A stretch of 64,000 nucleotides of DNA from Phoronis australis. Its lineage: Eukaryota > Animalia > Phoronida. Below are positions 1-15,300 of this stretch, in pieces. Positions within the stretch are counted from its first letter, which is position 1. Each line of letters starts with the position of its first letter. The stretch lies in contig NMRA01000347.1 of NCBI GenBank assembly GCA_002633005.1, forward strand, positions 278,304 through 342,303, written 5' to 3'. The notes beneath the pieces were generated by a model. It made no database searches. It was not told where the DNA came from and saw only the letters and a program-made list of their open reading frames with translations. The translations under genes and the position numbers were made by a program.

Positions 1-540
1 CCAAAAGGGAATTCAAACCGGTTAAAATTCACGAAATCGCTCCCCAGTTCCTTACAAGGGCCAAACTACTTAAATATCGAAACTAGAAAAGTAATCGATA
101 AAACGCTTCAGAGTTAATTGGGTGTGACCAACATAATAATCACAAATTCGAAAAGGTGCCCATGTACATGTATGCGTTGCTTTGACATGAGTTTCTGGCT
201 CATTCAGCAGAAATGATGCTAGGCTAAGTGTAGTTATGCTATAAAATCCTAAAGCACTTCGATTAAGAATTTAAAAAATTGACAGCGACTAAAGCCATGG
301 CGAAAACCGATTTACACGACTTTTCGTTATGAAACTGGACACGTATAATTATAGACACGACTGGGAAGTGTTTGCTATCTGCAAGTGATCGTTTTCAAAC
401 AAAGAAATGCTCTCTGTACTGCCAACACCTAATGAGATCACGCGGAGACTTGTCTAATCTCACAAAACTCGTAAAGAACTATTTATTTTGAAAATCTCAA
501 CCACCCTCTCCGTGGGAACGTCGTCTCTGTATCACCTTAC

Positions 541-688
541 CCGGTGTCAATCACTTTGTACATCCATATTTCGTCGAACTCTTGACGGCGTTGGATTTCG
601 CCTATGTCTTGTGGCATCTGTTCAGGCATGTAGGACCTCTTAGAATCCCGACCCACACGACGCCCGAGTCCACTAAGTGAGCGACTTG
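541..688 (-). CDS. Copy A exon 14 (alpha'NT/MG6)
   Basis: ...GRRVGRDS...[17 protein letters not shown] (cf. C3 RSEFPESWLW). Confidence 0.85.
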
Positions 689-3600
689 CTGTAAAATATG
701 AAAAATTACAGAAACAATGCGTTTCATGAGGTCCACACTAAGCATTTAGGTGGTAAAGGTGTATATTGTATGTGTACATGTATGATAGCTTATGTCAAAA
801 ACAGATTTTATTTCTGCCTAGGTTAACCTTAATACCAAAAACGACTTTGCTCACGAAGCCGTCTTTCCTGAGTTTTCGTCTTCGGTCTTCAACTTCCTTA
901 AATTTTTAGTCTTACTGTAAGTTACTGGCATACTTTGTTAAATTTCTGATGGACATGAAACCACGTAATCTCCATAGGAGTGAGCATAGCTGTACATGAT
1001 GTTGACAAGTGTCATTACTCGACAGCTATCAAAATGTCACTCAATGCACGGCCAACGTAAACTCAGGAACTTGTGTAACGATGCTTAAAACGTCCATCTG
1101 CAGCTTATCTGTTAAAGATAGGATATAGATGGACAACGACAACAATAACAAGTTTATTACTACAATATGTAAGCTAGTAATAATTTTGAATTTGTTTCTG
1201 ATTTAAAGTGCTTCACGTAATCATCGGGCCGTATCCGGCCAACTTCGCTCGCGTAGTGTTAGCGTGCTCGTGCAGACGATTAAAGGAGTGTTAATGTACA
1301 CGTAACAAGGGAGTCTAGCAGTAAATGTCTATGAGTAGCTAAGCTACATGTATATGGCAGCGAGAGATCTCACAAAAAGTAGTTCGTGGTAAATGCCATA
1401 AAATCGACCAACAAACAAAACAAAATAGCATAGGTTGCATTTTTGTATGTTTACTAGCATAATACGATAAAGGCATTTTCAAATTTCGAATTGAAAGTGA
1501 TCGTCAAATGTCTTGTTTATCCTGTGTCCTCTTTGATTGTGCCTTTTTAGAATTTTAATACATTTTATTTCTAAATACACTAATATTTACAAACAATAAG
1601 ACATTTGCAAATTAAACACAGGCACACACACACACACACATATAATAGAAATTCACGGTTGGTCTAAAACAAATAGGCATTGATGCTTTCCCAAAAGGCA
1701 GTTTTACGGGGTTGTATATTCCTTACTTTACAATAATTATGCAAGTAACATTGAAATTATGAACATCCATTAATAATCTGGTTTCTAGAACATTTATGGA
1801 TGAAATACTGGCAAATAGTTAATAATTGATATCTTCAAAATTACATCCAAAATATGCTGTCAAAATAACATTTTTGTCTAAGATTAAGTCGTGTTGTGCA
1901 GTTACGTAAATTAAAAGTTTCTGAATTTCGCACCACAAAGTTTTCATAGAACCACATTCCACAAACATATGGTTAAAAGTTCCCAAAGTTCCACAAGATG
2001 CACACTTGTCATCACTTACTATGTTCATCTTTTTCAAATTAAATTTTGTAAATACTTTTCTATGAATATAGAAGTATTTAAAGGTTTTAACATAAGGGGG
2101 TAACAAGAGTTTGTGTGGAAGAACATAAATTTGCTTAATTTGTTGTCTAGAATAAATGTCACCTTAGTAATTTGGCTTGACTGGGGATGTATGCATTTTG
2201 AAATCGAAGGATCAGTTTTCAACTTAATCGCACGCCTCAAAGCAGCATAATGAATCCAATTTGAAAGCTTATACATGTATCTATTTTTCAAAACCTCCCA
2301 TGTCAGAAAGTTATTTTCAAAATTTAAAAGATCCTTCACAAAAGTGATACCAACCTCGAAAAAACTATTAAAGAATACAGTCCTCCTATTAATCAATATG
2401 TTTTTGTTATTCCACACTACTTGGTTTACAATTGTTATATCCTTATGTAAATGAGCACTAATTTCTTCCCAAGCAATCAAGATGTCAAGATAGAAGGTAT
2501 CAATATTTGCAAGAGACAGCAATTTACAATCATAATTTGATTTAAAGATCAAAATACTTCCATATGTTTTAAAAACATACCCTGGAAACACTTTGAAAAC
2601 TTCATTGTTTCCATCTAAGCAACGCGTAACCCACTTAACTAATAATGACTTGTACATAATATTTATAACGGGAACTGACAAACCACCATTTTCATGGGTA
2701 TTTACAGCCACTTTTTGTTAACTCTAGATAGTTTATTTTGCCAAACAAAATTTTTTATCATGAGTATTTATCTTAGCTCTACGTTCGCTGTCAATTCCTA
2801 AATTGCTCATCACATAAATTAATTATTGTGCATTAGTGGATTGGCATGTATTCGTGTTCACATGTGTGCGCTTCCATTCTTTTAAATTCAGTTCACTGTT
2901 TTCTGTCGTCGCTCGAAAACCAGAAATTTAACTGCCATGTTTTCTTCAGTGCACTAAAAAACTCTGACGAGCACGTTCACATTATTAGGAAAAGTAGATC
3001 TAGACCAAGTAAAAATGTTCGGCAATGAAGAAAGCCTTTTCTTGCCAATTAGTGTCAATGGTGCACAACCTCGCAGACTTCATACGAGCAACAACGTTGA
3101 GGGAGAAGGTTTCCAAGGTTACATGTCACTATTCCGAAAGTTTACTACTCTGAAGGTCCACTACTCTCGGTATGCAGATTCACTATATACTCTTTCGAAA
3201 AATCGCTACTTCGAATGTCCAAGTATTCTGACAAAAGAGCTCCGAAGTTAATTACTCTGATTGTCTGCTAAGGATTGGGAACTGACATGAATAAAGTGTC
3301 GTATTTGTGTCCATTTAGCAACCATATAAAGGGTGTGCAAGAACTGAATAGTTCTAAAAACGTTGATTACGTTGTTTACAAATGAGCCCACTTCCAATCA
3401 CTGCCAATCTTGAATCTAACTGTAACAGAGCAAGTCTCCACTGAGCATCAAAAATGTGTATTTCCCCTCATCAGGCATACGCTCAGTTCAGTTACACATG
3501 ATAACGATCAATTTCATGTAGGCAAAGGAAGGAAACACCCTTCTCATAAGCCTGTCACTAGCGAAGTGCCCGACACATACAGTCACGCCCGCATGCCCAC

Positions 3601-6600
3601 GTAACAAAGGCGCACTGAGACGCAACAAAGGCATTAGCATAAGAATAACTAAACATTTGCAACTAAACAAGAATAACAATAAGCGTAAAGTTACGAACGT
3701 CCCGTCACATAACTAATGACTCATCCTCAAGCAGGGACAACATCTGGACGACCCACGGTGGTTTTGCATGCGCGTGGTTCCGGTGGGTGAGGTTAAAGTG
3801 CAGCGACCATAAACTTTTCAGTCAGTCGCGCTCGTGAAATTATGCGATCTTGACACGGATTTAATGAATATATCGTGCCAGATAATTCATCAATATTCCC
3901 ACTTCATACAATGTACTCATTTTCCGTCTTCGTAAGACATGCAGATAATTTCACATTAGCGTGAAATCCAAACAAAGGGTTTTAGTACCAGGGCGTTGTT
4001 TTCGGTATAGGTACATGTACACGACTCAGAGCATATATTAACTGATGCATAGCTTAGTTTTGCTTTAAAAGAATAGAAAGTACACCTGAGCTAGGGAAGG
4101 ATCCACGATTTTGAGTTAGGGGGCCAGGATTTTGCCCGTCAGACATGTGCACCCTCTAACTGCGACATGGAATGGGGAAGAATTTTAAGGAGGGGGGGCA
4201 TGGTCTCTTTGCCCCTCACCCCTAAATTTTCATAGTTTTGAGAACCTTTGGAGTAGTGAACCTTAGGAGTAGTGAACCTTCGTTATAGTGGGTTGTTCCC
4301 ATTTCCAGCGATGTAAACAACCTCAGCAATACGCAAAACCTTAACTAGATAAACTATTTCAAGTCATTCTGTGATTATATATTTCCGTCCGAGTATTTAA
4401 TGAGGTTTAATTACTCATTTAAACACACCTGATTTGAAAGTTTGGCAGGAGGTAACGCTACAACATTGCATCAGAATTTGAGTACCCTTCTTCTTGGGAG
4501 CGACTGGATGTGAGCACCTAGGGGAGCTCAAAGGCTTTGAACGAGCCCCCCCCTTTTTGGAGAAGTTGGCAAGAAGGTCCGCCTCGGAGAAATACAATCT
4601 CGGGAAAAAAATTTGAAAGAGAGGCAAAAGTCTGCTAAAAAGGCAGGAACTGCTAAAATTTGGTGAATGCACAATTCATCTAAAAAATTCGTGCTCCCCA
4701 ATTATTCAGACTGGGTAAGCGCATGCAACCGCCACGGCATTCTCATTTCTGGTATCACGAATTCCGTCTCGACTCTGGAACATAGAGCCTTACAAAAAAC
4801 TGTACAGTGTCGACGTTTGGAAAATATCAAAGGTCCACCCTTCTTGAAATTCGAACCACCCCCCACGCAATGCTGGCTACGGGCCTGCGTTCACATCATA
4901 ATCTCACATTTATACGTTGACAGATGTCACCTTCGCTTTTACGAGTCATACGTGTATTTTAAATAAATGTGATTGTCATTTTGTTGTCATGGGCGCCCTC
5001 AGTGTTCGAGTAAGAACTTGTAAGATTATACATTTGATGACAGTGCAGATTTCGTGCCGTGTCGAGAATGTTACCTGTGTTGCCACGCCAAGAATGAAAC
5101 TGTCAATAAACTTCGGCAAAGTTTTGATTGCGATATGCTGTGACTTAAACCTGCATATTGTAAGCAGGTGAGGTGGTAGTGATAAATATAGTGAGGTTGC
5201 ATGTTATGAATCAAGGGGTTGTAGCTCAACACATTACTTGATTGTGTAAACGAATATGTTTCGAGATATGTCAGATTTCAGTGTGGTTTCGTTTGATGAA
5301 TTTGACCAGCTTCCGATTGATTGCGATTTTGCAGGTAATTGTAGCTATGATAGTTGATGTAGTGCACACAGTCGCACACTCGCCTAGAGTGGGATATTGG
5401 CCTAGTAGCAGAATCTCATGGAGTATTCTCTAGTTGGCTCTAAGAATGTCTCTTCATGGGACCACTCACGCGACTCTGTGGTATGACTTATGCTGATGAT
5501 TTTCGCGTGCGCTCTAGGCGCGGCTAATTACCAAAAGCATAAATCATACCGTCGGACTTACTTGTTCTCCTTCGGTGACGTCTACTGCGCTGCCCGTTTC
5601 TGTTCATGAAGCTCCTGAACGTGGTACGACTCAGACTTCGAACTCTTGTGTTGGTTAAAACTGTTAGACCCATGCTCTGAAAACAGATGTCTTGAGATTT
5701 AATATATGCACGTGTTCGTGAGAATACGATTGCTAGTATTGTAACTTGTTAAAATAGTTTTAGCTCTTGCTGTCCTATTATTCAATCAAACAATTTAATA
5801 AATTACTGTATTTCTTGCCTCATGTTTAGCATGTTCATGCAGTCTACAGTGGTGGATCTAGGATATCACAAGGGGGGCCCAATATTTTTTTCTGTAAGCA
5901 TTTGCGCAAACCAAGATTGTAGATGCGCATAGCACCTAATGGGGAGAGGTCAAAATCCCCTCCCGCCCAGGAAATTTTTCTGTTTTTTCCTCTAAAAATC
6001 AAGCATTTTCCTTGATTCCTGAAGTATTATCAATGAAAAAAGGCAAGAAAAGAGAACGTGTCAAACAGACTCGAACTCACGACCTGGCAGATAGAACCCG
6101 CGTGCTTAACCACTACACCACCACGATTTTTAAATCTGACACTAAGGTACCTACTTGTTTATGGTCCACAGCCTTTGCGCGCGAAACCTACTTCTTTTTG
6201 TAATGCTTACTACACGTTATATATTGTGTGCACTCGGTTCGTGGCAAATTTGTTGTATTTAAAATAGTCTTCAAATGCCCAAAAGACCAAGTCCGTTTTT
6301 CGTGTTGGCAATAATGACGGGATTGCTTTGGAAATCGTCTTAAGTTAAGGTTTGACAAAGAGAGTATTGCGAGTTTCTGAGTGATTCACTAAGGCTTCGA
6401 TTAATATTCACATCTTACCAGCAGCTTCTGTTTTTTCATCGTCATTCAGGTTCCATTTTCTTAAAAAAATGAAGTAAATTGTCTTCATTGCACAGTGGAT
6501 CAGACGACGGAAACGGAGTCGTAGTGCCCACCACCGCTATATATCGCGGGAGAGCCTATACTTAGCCATAGTTCCGTTACGATCGCGCCGTGTTCCGAAT

Positions 6601-9600
6601 TTGACACTTGAAATTGATCTGAGCCCCCCAAACACTAAAACTGCACACATTTAAATCTTGTTTCATCCGTATAATTTTAATAAACTCAACATTTCCCTAC
6701 GCTCTTGCTATTTTATTTTTTTGCGGCAGCCAAGGGGGGTGGGGTCCCAGGCCCCCTGCNTCTATTACCTGCAACACATCTTCGCTGCTCAAACCACCAC
6801 CAATTCCATATCCGTTGTCGAAGATTTTCATGCTGTTCAAAACATTGGCGGCTGTCATTCTGTACTTGGGGTTCATTAAATAGACGGCTTTATCAACAGC
6901 CAGTATCGCAACTTTGGTTCGGGGGTCAGCCTCCACTGTTACGTTAACGAAGTCACCCGGTTTGTACATCGTTGAATGCTGCTCTTCAGTCATTGGGTTG
7001 ACGCTGACCTTATAATTTAACAAAAAAAAAACACCTAGTCATCGTTTGTTGCTTGTTTGAGACACAGTTGCACAGCTTTAGCCACAGTTTATCCGGTTGA
7101 TTCTCAGATGTAAAGTGAATTTCAGTCAAATATTTTAAATAAACTAAACCTTTCTCGGAGCATCCATCTGGAAGCAAGCAACCTACCTTGGGTTCACATC
7201 TTCTTAAAACATCGAACCGTTTCGTATCGGCCACAACTTCATCACCATGTAAATAATAGAACAAAATACGAGCATATGGCCACATTGACGCGACAACAGG
7301 AATCGACAAGTTCAGCGGGAAGGTTGGTTCTTTAACAACTGCCGTATGTATCGTTTGGCCCCCGGATGTAACCATGTAAACCAACGTGCTCACATCGGAC
7401 GCCTTTGTTGCTGTGATTTCAATTACTGCGTTGCTTCCCACCTTGAAAAGAACACCCGCATGATCATTGACGGGCTTAGGGGGAAGGGGGAAGGGCCGAG
7501 GGTCATGCGCCCTAAAATTCTCCCGCTCCATTTGCCAGCTTGAAGGTGCAAATCTCTGACGGGCAAAACCCTGACTAATACTATGTCCTGCTCCCCCTCC
7601 CGTCGTTGCGATCCTGTTCGTTAAGAATAATGCAGAGTGTTGTCGTCATTACAAAAACGGTGATGCGCTAACGCATCCGGAAGGTGAAGTTGAAAGTGTG
7701 CCTTAAACAGCTAGTTCGTACTTTCAGTAAGCACGTTGTCTGGTTGATTTTTTAGACTAAGTCCAACCCTGACAACAGTACACAAACGAATGCCCCTGAT
7801 GATATTCATCCTGTATACAAAACTAACCACAAGTGCTTTAATATCCCTCGTGTTGTTTTTTTCGCCTAGATTGCTCAACGAAAAGCCAACAAAGTGGTGA
7901 ATTATTACTATGTTAACTTAAGAGTTGTGTTGGCATTGAAGTCTATAAAACTGTCTAATTTATTTAACCTTAATAACAAAATTCCTGTGAGTCTATGGTA
8001 GAGGGCAGTGTACAAATTTATCTGTGCTCCAGTTATACATGTATAGGCTAAAGTGTTTGCCATTTGAAAACCCGCACCAGGGGACATCTAAATTCTTACA
8101 GGGGCTCACATATTACTATTCATCTGCAGACCCCTAATCATTGTTATGAGCAATGCTCTTTCATTGACTTTGCTATAATAGACCAAGGAAAAAACAAGAA
8201 AGGAGCTTAAATTGTGTAACAGTCTACACATCAGTTGTTGCCAGCCCAGTCACAATAGGCCACTGGCACACTTCAGGTTGTCATTGCTAGTCTAGTCCAT
8301 TTTTACTTCCCTGTAACTGACTTTGTTTGTGTTTCATTATTTGTTGTTGGGTATAGAAAGGTGACCACTGTGTTTTTACGATAGGGTTTCAATATACGCC
8401 AACTCATGTCAAACCTATGTTGACGAAACATTTGAACCGATGTCTGGGACAAATAGATAACGTTCGTGTGTTGTACACTGCTTTGAACAGCGACACCTCT
8501 TGAAACACTAATGGCGAAGGCCGTAAATCAAATACTGTGCGAACAATTGAAACATCAACGGACTGTAACTTAGACTCCATTCGGAAGTTCAGACTAAATT
8601 GTTTTCTTACCGACACAGGTCGATCGCTTTTTACCGTTGCTTGTAAAAACCTGTTGCTTGGTGAGAAGGCTGACGTCATGGTATATTTCTCTGTCACAGG
8701 AACTTCGGTTAATGTCGACACCTAACAAAGGCAGTTTATGACCAGTTATATGTAAGTATTGCAATGAGTTAATATGGTGAGTTATGTGCATAACAAATTC
8801 AATGTATTGAAGTCAGGCCGCAGTTAAGAGTTTGAAATCACGGAAACCCGGTTTCCGTGATACCTTGCACGTTACAGCCGTTTAAGGAAAAACAATCTAG
8901 TAAACGCCATTTTCTTGCATAATCCTCCGCCTTTTGTAACAAAAAAGTCTATCGTCGATGACCCGCACACGCACGCTCACTCACTCTCATACGCAGACGA
9001 CCTTCAAAACAAACGTCACGTGACAACAACATGTGTGTTCATCCAGAGATTTTTCTCGTGTTGTGGAGTACGATGTAGCGCACATTTGGACTTAATCGCA
9101 ATTAATCTGGACTCCACAGGAACTTTAAAAATTGTAAAACATCAGGAAGATTTCAGGTAATTTGTTGAGTCGAAACTATATTTTTATTCAAGAGTACAAG
9201 TTTTCCTATTGACGATCGCGATTCAGCGACGCATCAGTCGGCAAGTTTTCGCCCTGTGATGAGCACAATTTTTTGAAAAATTATCGTAATTTAACAACGG
9301 AAGTTGATAGCAATGCACCACAATTTTGTAGAAAGGCTGTCATAGGCTACAAATACGTCACAGAGCGTAAATTTGATGAATCCTAGCTTCCGATTTTACC
9401 CGTTTGGGAAACCGGGTTTCAACTGCCGTAGGCTCACTACAATAAGCGTCCCCTCCCCGTGAAATGAATTTTTCTAAGCGTTTGTTTGAGCCAATACAGT
9501 ATACAGCTTTCCACCAAGGCTAGGTGATGCAAGACATTATTACTTGTTCTTTGTTGCATTATAGTAACTGGTCTTGGCTAATTATCATTTTATGGCCTGG

Positions 9601-12303
9601 TCATCCATTCAGCCCAAAGTAGTTCCAGAGGTGGCTTATCAGCCAATTATTCACGCATGCTGACTCACAATAGAAGCCTGATAAGAGTGAAGGTGGATAA
9701 ATGCGGTGTTCCTACAGTTTCTTGTTTTAGTGGATGTGTTCACGACATGCTAGAACAAAGTTTACCCAAAGACTAAGCCTTAAAATATAACGATAAAAGG
9801 GTTTCAATTCATTTCCCTTTGTCTAAAGATGTACATGTACACGTGTACCTGTATTGATGCCATAAAGGCGCTGGAGATTGAATCGACGATGACGGAAGCG
9901 TGTCCCTCTTTATTGGTCGAAACATTGGATGTTAAGGATGGCATTAAAGCGTCACCATTTGGTCTAAAGAAGATAGTAGTCACGCTAATGTCAATTTGCT
10001 CTGGTTTGCCGGTCACATTCGTCACGTCAATCTGAAATACGTATGAATCATTGAAATCAAGTTTCTACGTAAAGGCTGAAATGGTGTTGTTTAAAGGAAA
10101 GAATATCGAAAAACTCTTGTGATGTAAGCATATCGAGGTTGTCAGGGGCACATTTCAACGCTCTGTTGCTCTTTCTATACGCCGTAGATGTGAAATACAG
10201 CCTGTAAACTATCCAGTGCAAACGATGCATTATTCCATGTTCCGTAGAAGATATTAATAATCACACAACGTTAAGTACAATAACCGTCTGAAGCACGCAA
10301 TGCTTACCTCAACTGTAAAGGACAATCCAGGTTTGAAATAGGGGTGTGTTCTTGAAAACGTGACAATGTATGGTGCACTGAGGATTTTGGTGTAACTTGA
10401 CTTGCCAGTTTGCTTGATTCCCGATCCGTGGTCTCGCACTGTCGCCAGAGCATACAGTTTAGTACCCTCCTCAAGTTTAGGTGTTGAAAAATTCGTTTTA
10501 AAGCGGCCGTTTGTCATCTGCAAAGTTTAAAACATAACGCACAGTGAAGGTTTCGTAGCCAGGAAGTAGATATACAATATTTTTTGTAGTGGTTGCAACT
10601 GTGGTTAGATTTTACCTAATACAACGCTTCTGCGCCCGAAAACCTTTTAAATATTTGACGGTTGACAGTATGGTAAACACACGTGGCCCTTGTTTGTACA
10701 TGTACATAGATTTCTATACACGTGAAGGGTTTAATCTATTACAGAACTGAAGTTTTGTAAAACACGAATGGAATTAAACCCTCAACATTGTCGAGACAGT
10801 TATTCACCAATTTAATAAAATTATGTTGAATCATCAAATTATCACTTAACGAAGTGAACAACAGGGAGGATTGCATCATAAAACTTGCTCTTGTCATGAT
10901 TTGACGCTACTCAATCCTAGACTTGGAGATGTGCGACGTCATTCATGAACTTAGAACTTACGTTGCCAGTCTTACGGTCAATAATCGTCAGTCCAGTGTC
11001 TGTCTGCTTACCGAGACGTACGTCCACTGGCCCGTTAACTTCTTTCTCAAACACATATCTAAAATCGTCGAGAGTTAACGTTGAAAACAATTCGTTTTCA
11101 GTGGTGCAATAATCCTAGTATCTACAAACTGCGTGTAACCTGACATGCGCTAGGGGTCGCTCTGTATATACATGTACAGTGTTTGTTTATGATACAATCA
11201 CTGATGAAAGTTCTCATCTGTTCCGATGCTGTGCCATCGTCTGCTCGTATTCTTTAGTACATAGTCTGGAATTGAGATTTCTCAGGACTTGTGTAGTATC
11301 GTTGCTGAAGACAACAAAGATGACTTTTTTGAGTGACGATGTAAAACAACATATCTAGAGCTAAAAACACGAAAAGCGACTTGGGTGTCTACTCTCTCAT
11401 AAAGTTGGTCGACATACATGTAATATTGCGCAACTCAAATCACAGGAAAATGCGTACACGGACCATTTCCGAATTCGCAACCGATTTCCGCGTTGGCTAA
11501 TCCTGTTAAACATTGAAGCGTATTCTTGAGACACTGATGGTTCAAGCAATTATTGGCAACGGAAATCTACTCCTTTCACGGTACAAAGAGCACTGGCATA
11601 ATACGCAAGCCGCACGGTTGGGCCAGTCTCACAAAACAACAGTCCCGGTAATGAGTATCACGTGACCAATTTCATGGATTTAGAATATGAGGCCTAATCC
11701 GATTTCTGCTTTAAGTCATCTTTCGTAAGATGGTTTGGACTATAGTTCGTACAATGTTGAACGTGTCTTTTGCAGCAAAGGCTACATGACTCTTCTTTCA
11801 ACCTAGGGACATACACCTGTAGTGTTTCAAGCATTAAAAATAAAACGTACATAGAAATGCTTAACGCGAATTAGGCAAGTCGACACTTGTTCACATATTT
11901 AATCATTAGACAAACACTACCGTACGTGAATGACGACGCAGTGTTTTGAAAGAAAGTGCAAAGCTCTGAAATTGATTTCAACACTCACCGAGCTTCAACT
12001 TCCACTGTGACATATTTTCTTGGGTTGCTAGTTTTAACAATTACTGTCACGGAGAAGGTCGGAAGCACTGAAAAGAAGAATGGCTAAAAATAGGTGATGA
12101 CATCCACCACGTGAAAAAATGGCAACCGTGAGTTGAGCAAACCGTGGACTGTGAATCTGGACAACACGCGTGCAATCATTTGCATTGTTTCGCTGTTGCT
12201 GTAAAAGTTGTACAAAGATAATGAACTACCACAGTAAAATATTGCATTTTTTGGAAAGAGGCGAAATTGTTTCTTGCGTCGTGTGTGTGCGTGCATGTGT
12301 GTG

Positions 12304-12371
<68 letters not shown>

Positions 12372-15300
12372 CGTGTTTGTGTATGTGTGTGCGCGCGCGT
12401 GTATTTGTATGAATAGGGGTTTTCTAATGATGGGTGCTTTACTGGAAATCCCCGATAGTACAATATTGATGGAGCTAGACCTAAATATCGGCGTGTAATC
12501 TTTGCAGGAAAGGAAACGTTTAATGAACTTTTCAAGTAAAACCATAGAATATGACAAAAAGAACTCTTTAAAATTCGCAAACTAAAAAAATTGATCACGT
12601 GCGCTGATAACAGATGCAAGAGTGTCCCTACATTGCACAAGATAACTAGCTGAGAATATTAAAAACTAAAAGGGGTCCAAGACATAAGCTGAGAGTATGA
12701 AAACTAAAAGGGGTGCGCCTTCCATGCAAAGTTTCACTCAAATCGTTCGCGTATGACTGCATGCACCTGGATACAGGCCCAGAATCGAAAGTACGTGTAG
12801 GTCCACGGGTCAAAAACATTGTCAGCTCGTAACGAACTCTTGAAAATAAAAATACCGTTGATGAGTATCGTCATGAAGAAAGAAGGAGTTAATGTTAATT
12901 TCTTGGCATAAATCACCATTTAATAATTTCCAAAAACCTATTCCGAAGTTGTATTTACCGTAGTCTTTCACTTCAAATTGTACAGATTCTTCGAGTGCGT
13001 AATTCTTCCCATACTGCGCCGTGATCGACCAGTTTCCCAAATAAGAAAATGCCGGAATTTCCCAGCTCGTCGAGTCGAGTCCATTTGGGGTTGACATGTC
13101 AGCTCTTCTTGGCTTGTGAACCTTTCCTATTGGGTCCTGTAAATACGTGTAGGAGAGCGTAAAATATACATTGCACAGCAGCGCCATCACACGGTAGCGA
13201 AAGTCAGGGGTGGTTAATAAATTCTAAGCAAAATATGTATGTTTTTCATATTCGTATTCTATATCAAGAATATTAAAGATAAATTGCCCTGGCTGAGGCT
13301 GAAAACAGGTCTTTGACAGAGGTCTGACAAACAGTAACATTCCTGTTGTTGTTAGATTATTTTTATCTGCGTCCAGTTGTCTATCTAGCTGCGTGGTAGA
13401 ATGTGCTAATCTATTTTTGCATCATTTTAGTTTAGTCATTGCATCAGGTAACTTTCTCTTGCTGTTTAATCCCACTTTCTTAGAGTAGAAGATTAGTAAT
13501 ACTTCCTATTTCTAGAACTGTTTGTCAGCATGGTGTATCCCTTCATGCTCATTCCCACTAAATAATATTGGTCCTAACCCCGCTTGTCAAGGTAAACGGT
13601 GGGGTTTGGAAAATTGAACTAGACCGTACATGTATTTATCCACCTTGGCCGAGTCGCGCTCGGCTCACGATCAAATGGATGCAGCCAAGCTGCTCTATTC
13701 ATCGAATCACGAGCGAGGATAATTGGCTTCGCTCATGCGGATATGATAAGCTGATTACAATCTAGCTGGCAGACTGTACTTTTTATGGAGAGAGTTTTAC
13801 ATAGTTTTTACTGTAATATTTGAAAAGAGGAGCGAAAACAAAAATGAGTACAACTTAGAATTTTTCAAATCAGCCCAGGATAAGAAATTTTGCAACACAG
13901 CAACACTCACGATTACTTTCATTCGGCGCCCACGAATACAAAAATATAGGACCCAAGTTATTTAGATTTTGGAACACATGCATTGCAATATTCAAAATAC
14001 GTTTATTATGAATCTTACAAGCTGTAAAACGACGTTGTTTAATTTCATTGTACTGAGTCATTCATTGTCATCCGTCAAATCGGCAATTTCCGAGATGTGA
14101 TCTGCGGCGTGCGCGTATGTGTACAAAACACGTGATTGTTATGTTCCTGAAGTACGAAAATTAAGAAACTTTAGCATGCCGTTATTATTGACAGGGACAC
14201 GATAAAACGAATTTGGATTTTGACTGTAGTCTTGATACAGCTAGCTGACTCATGACCACTGCGTCAGTGTCTAAGTTAGACCCAGAAATTTCACACAGTC
14301 CGGGTAGTTCACCTCGTCCCCAACAAGTTATTTGTCCGTCTTATTTGATTGGTTAATTCGTGTTTCTCTAGACAATCTCTCTCTCTATATATATATACTG
14401 TTTCACTTGTTCGTAGTATTACATGTAGCAGTTGTTTTTCCGCATTGAGAGTTCTTCTCCTCATGTAACGTTTGTAGTCTTCAATATACTGATCAACACT
14501 CATATCTTGTTCTTGCCTACGAACCACCATAGCCAAAATTCAACGGGAAATGTGTTTTACCACAAAATGGATCCGAACAGGAGCATCTCTGGGCTTCATC
14601 ACGTGGTCCACTTGTATAATTTGGACTTGTACTGAAAGATTACAAAAACAGACCAACATGTGATTAAAGATAACAGAATTTACTTACCTTAGTCACAAGT
14701 TACTTACCCCACAATCAGATGCTTGGTGCGAGTGTACGATTATCTGTACATACTGCAGACAAATATCTTCAGAACAAACGTTGACCTGTCTGTTTATCAT
14801 ACATGTATGTATAGTTAGACTGAAGAACAGTTCGAGACAATTTCATAGAGCTAAGTCGTGGTCTAAATACTGTTTGTAAGGGAATAGTGTCTTGGGCTAT
14901 TTTGATGTTGGTTAAATGGTAGTTTTGCTGTTTCATCAGTAAATGACGAACTCACCGTTTTTTGGGCACAGGTGTGAATTTCAATTTATGCATCTGAGAC
15001 GGGTAAACACAAACCTTGCTGACTGGGAGCATATATCGGCTTGTCAAGCTGTATAAAGACCAGTCCATTTTGAGGGGTGACCAGGATCTCGACTTCTTGT
15101 TCAAACTGAAGCTCGCTGGAGGCGCCCTTAGCTTTTAAGAGTACAAAATACTCTTTGAAGAGAGGTGTGTACGATTTGTTGGAGGGTGCCATGATTTTGA
15201 GCTCAGTTGGAACTTCTGTAGAAAAACAAACATGGAAGATTTAGTCATTGGCCAAGTTCGTCTGAAAATCAGCAAATGGATTTCAGTACTAAAGCACACC

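Noticed and set aside
851-915. Conserved segment with a gtgag donor in intron 13 (also about 42806-42875) as an ANA remnant or extra exon
   Set aside because: There is a 1-nt length difference between copies, a stop in the required phase and no cysteines; the similarity is explained by the duplication.
12084-12640. Long His/Thr and Cys/Val ORFs
   Set aside because: They are translations of the (GT)n microsatellite within an intron.
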